Source of the DNA: Verrucomicrobiota bacterium
GTDB lineage: Bacteria; Verrucomicrobiota; Verrucomicrobiia; Limisphaerales; CANJSG01
Length of the DNA: 15,651 bases
Assembly (NCBI GenBank): GCA_038209745.1
Contig: JBBQXJ010000098.1
Coordinates: 1 to 15,651 of the forward strand
Direction of reading: 5' to 3'
This document shows positions 15,512-15,651 of this stretch, one piece after another. Below the pieces are notes generated by a model. It was not told where the DNA came from and did no database searches. It saw only the letters and a list, made by a program, of their open reading frames with translations. Position 1 is the first letter of the stretch. Each line of letters begins with the position of its first letter. The translations under genes were made by a program, and so were the position numbers.

Positions 15512-15651
15512 GGAAGCGCTGAATAAAGGCTTGGTTGGAGGGAGTCGTGGTTTTCTGGAAGACGGCGGGTCAAAAAGGAGGCTGCCGGGCGGAGGCGGCA
15601 GGGTCTTCGAGGCCGGGCGGGGGCCGCAGGGCTGAAGGTTTCGGCGAACCG
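15512..15651. mobile_element. Probable end of an IS5-family element (partial, runs off window)
   Basis: CTAA (15508-15511) followed by GGAAGCGCTGAATAAA resembles the IS5-subgroup TIR (GGAAGGTGCGAAYAAG) at a YTAR target. Sequence character changes here. The transposase is not in the window. Confidence 0.55.

Overview
GC-rich bacterial window, probably Verrucomicrobiota-like (inferred from protein types and C-terminal domains). From left to right: (1) the 3' part of a large FN3-repeat surface protein gene with near-identical 294-bp repeats; (2) a minus-strand run transcribed as dimeric dUTPase > small AT-richer membrane ORF > hpt > nested inverted-repeat element > MoaD/ThiS ubiquitin-like protein > DUF2905 > secreted DA1-like Cys-rich zinc metallopeptidase > prfC > FGGY sugar kinase > SAM methyltransferase; (3) a receiver-domain remnant, then plus-strand C39-like peptidase lipoprotein, murA, a membrane-anchored hypothetical and tmRNA (ssrA, tag ANEELALAA); (4) a decayed accessory zone after ssrA with an internally deleted ISAs1 element, a secreted Ig-like protein, a pilT-like 3' fragment, a GTAG REP doublet and an RCC1-like gene apparently cut by an IS5-family end. 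The best leads are the DA1-like peptidase near an orphan ubiquitin-like gene, a C-terminal domain shared by three unrelated extracellular proteins, and the nested repeat element. All family assignments come from motif recognition, not database searches.
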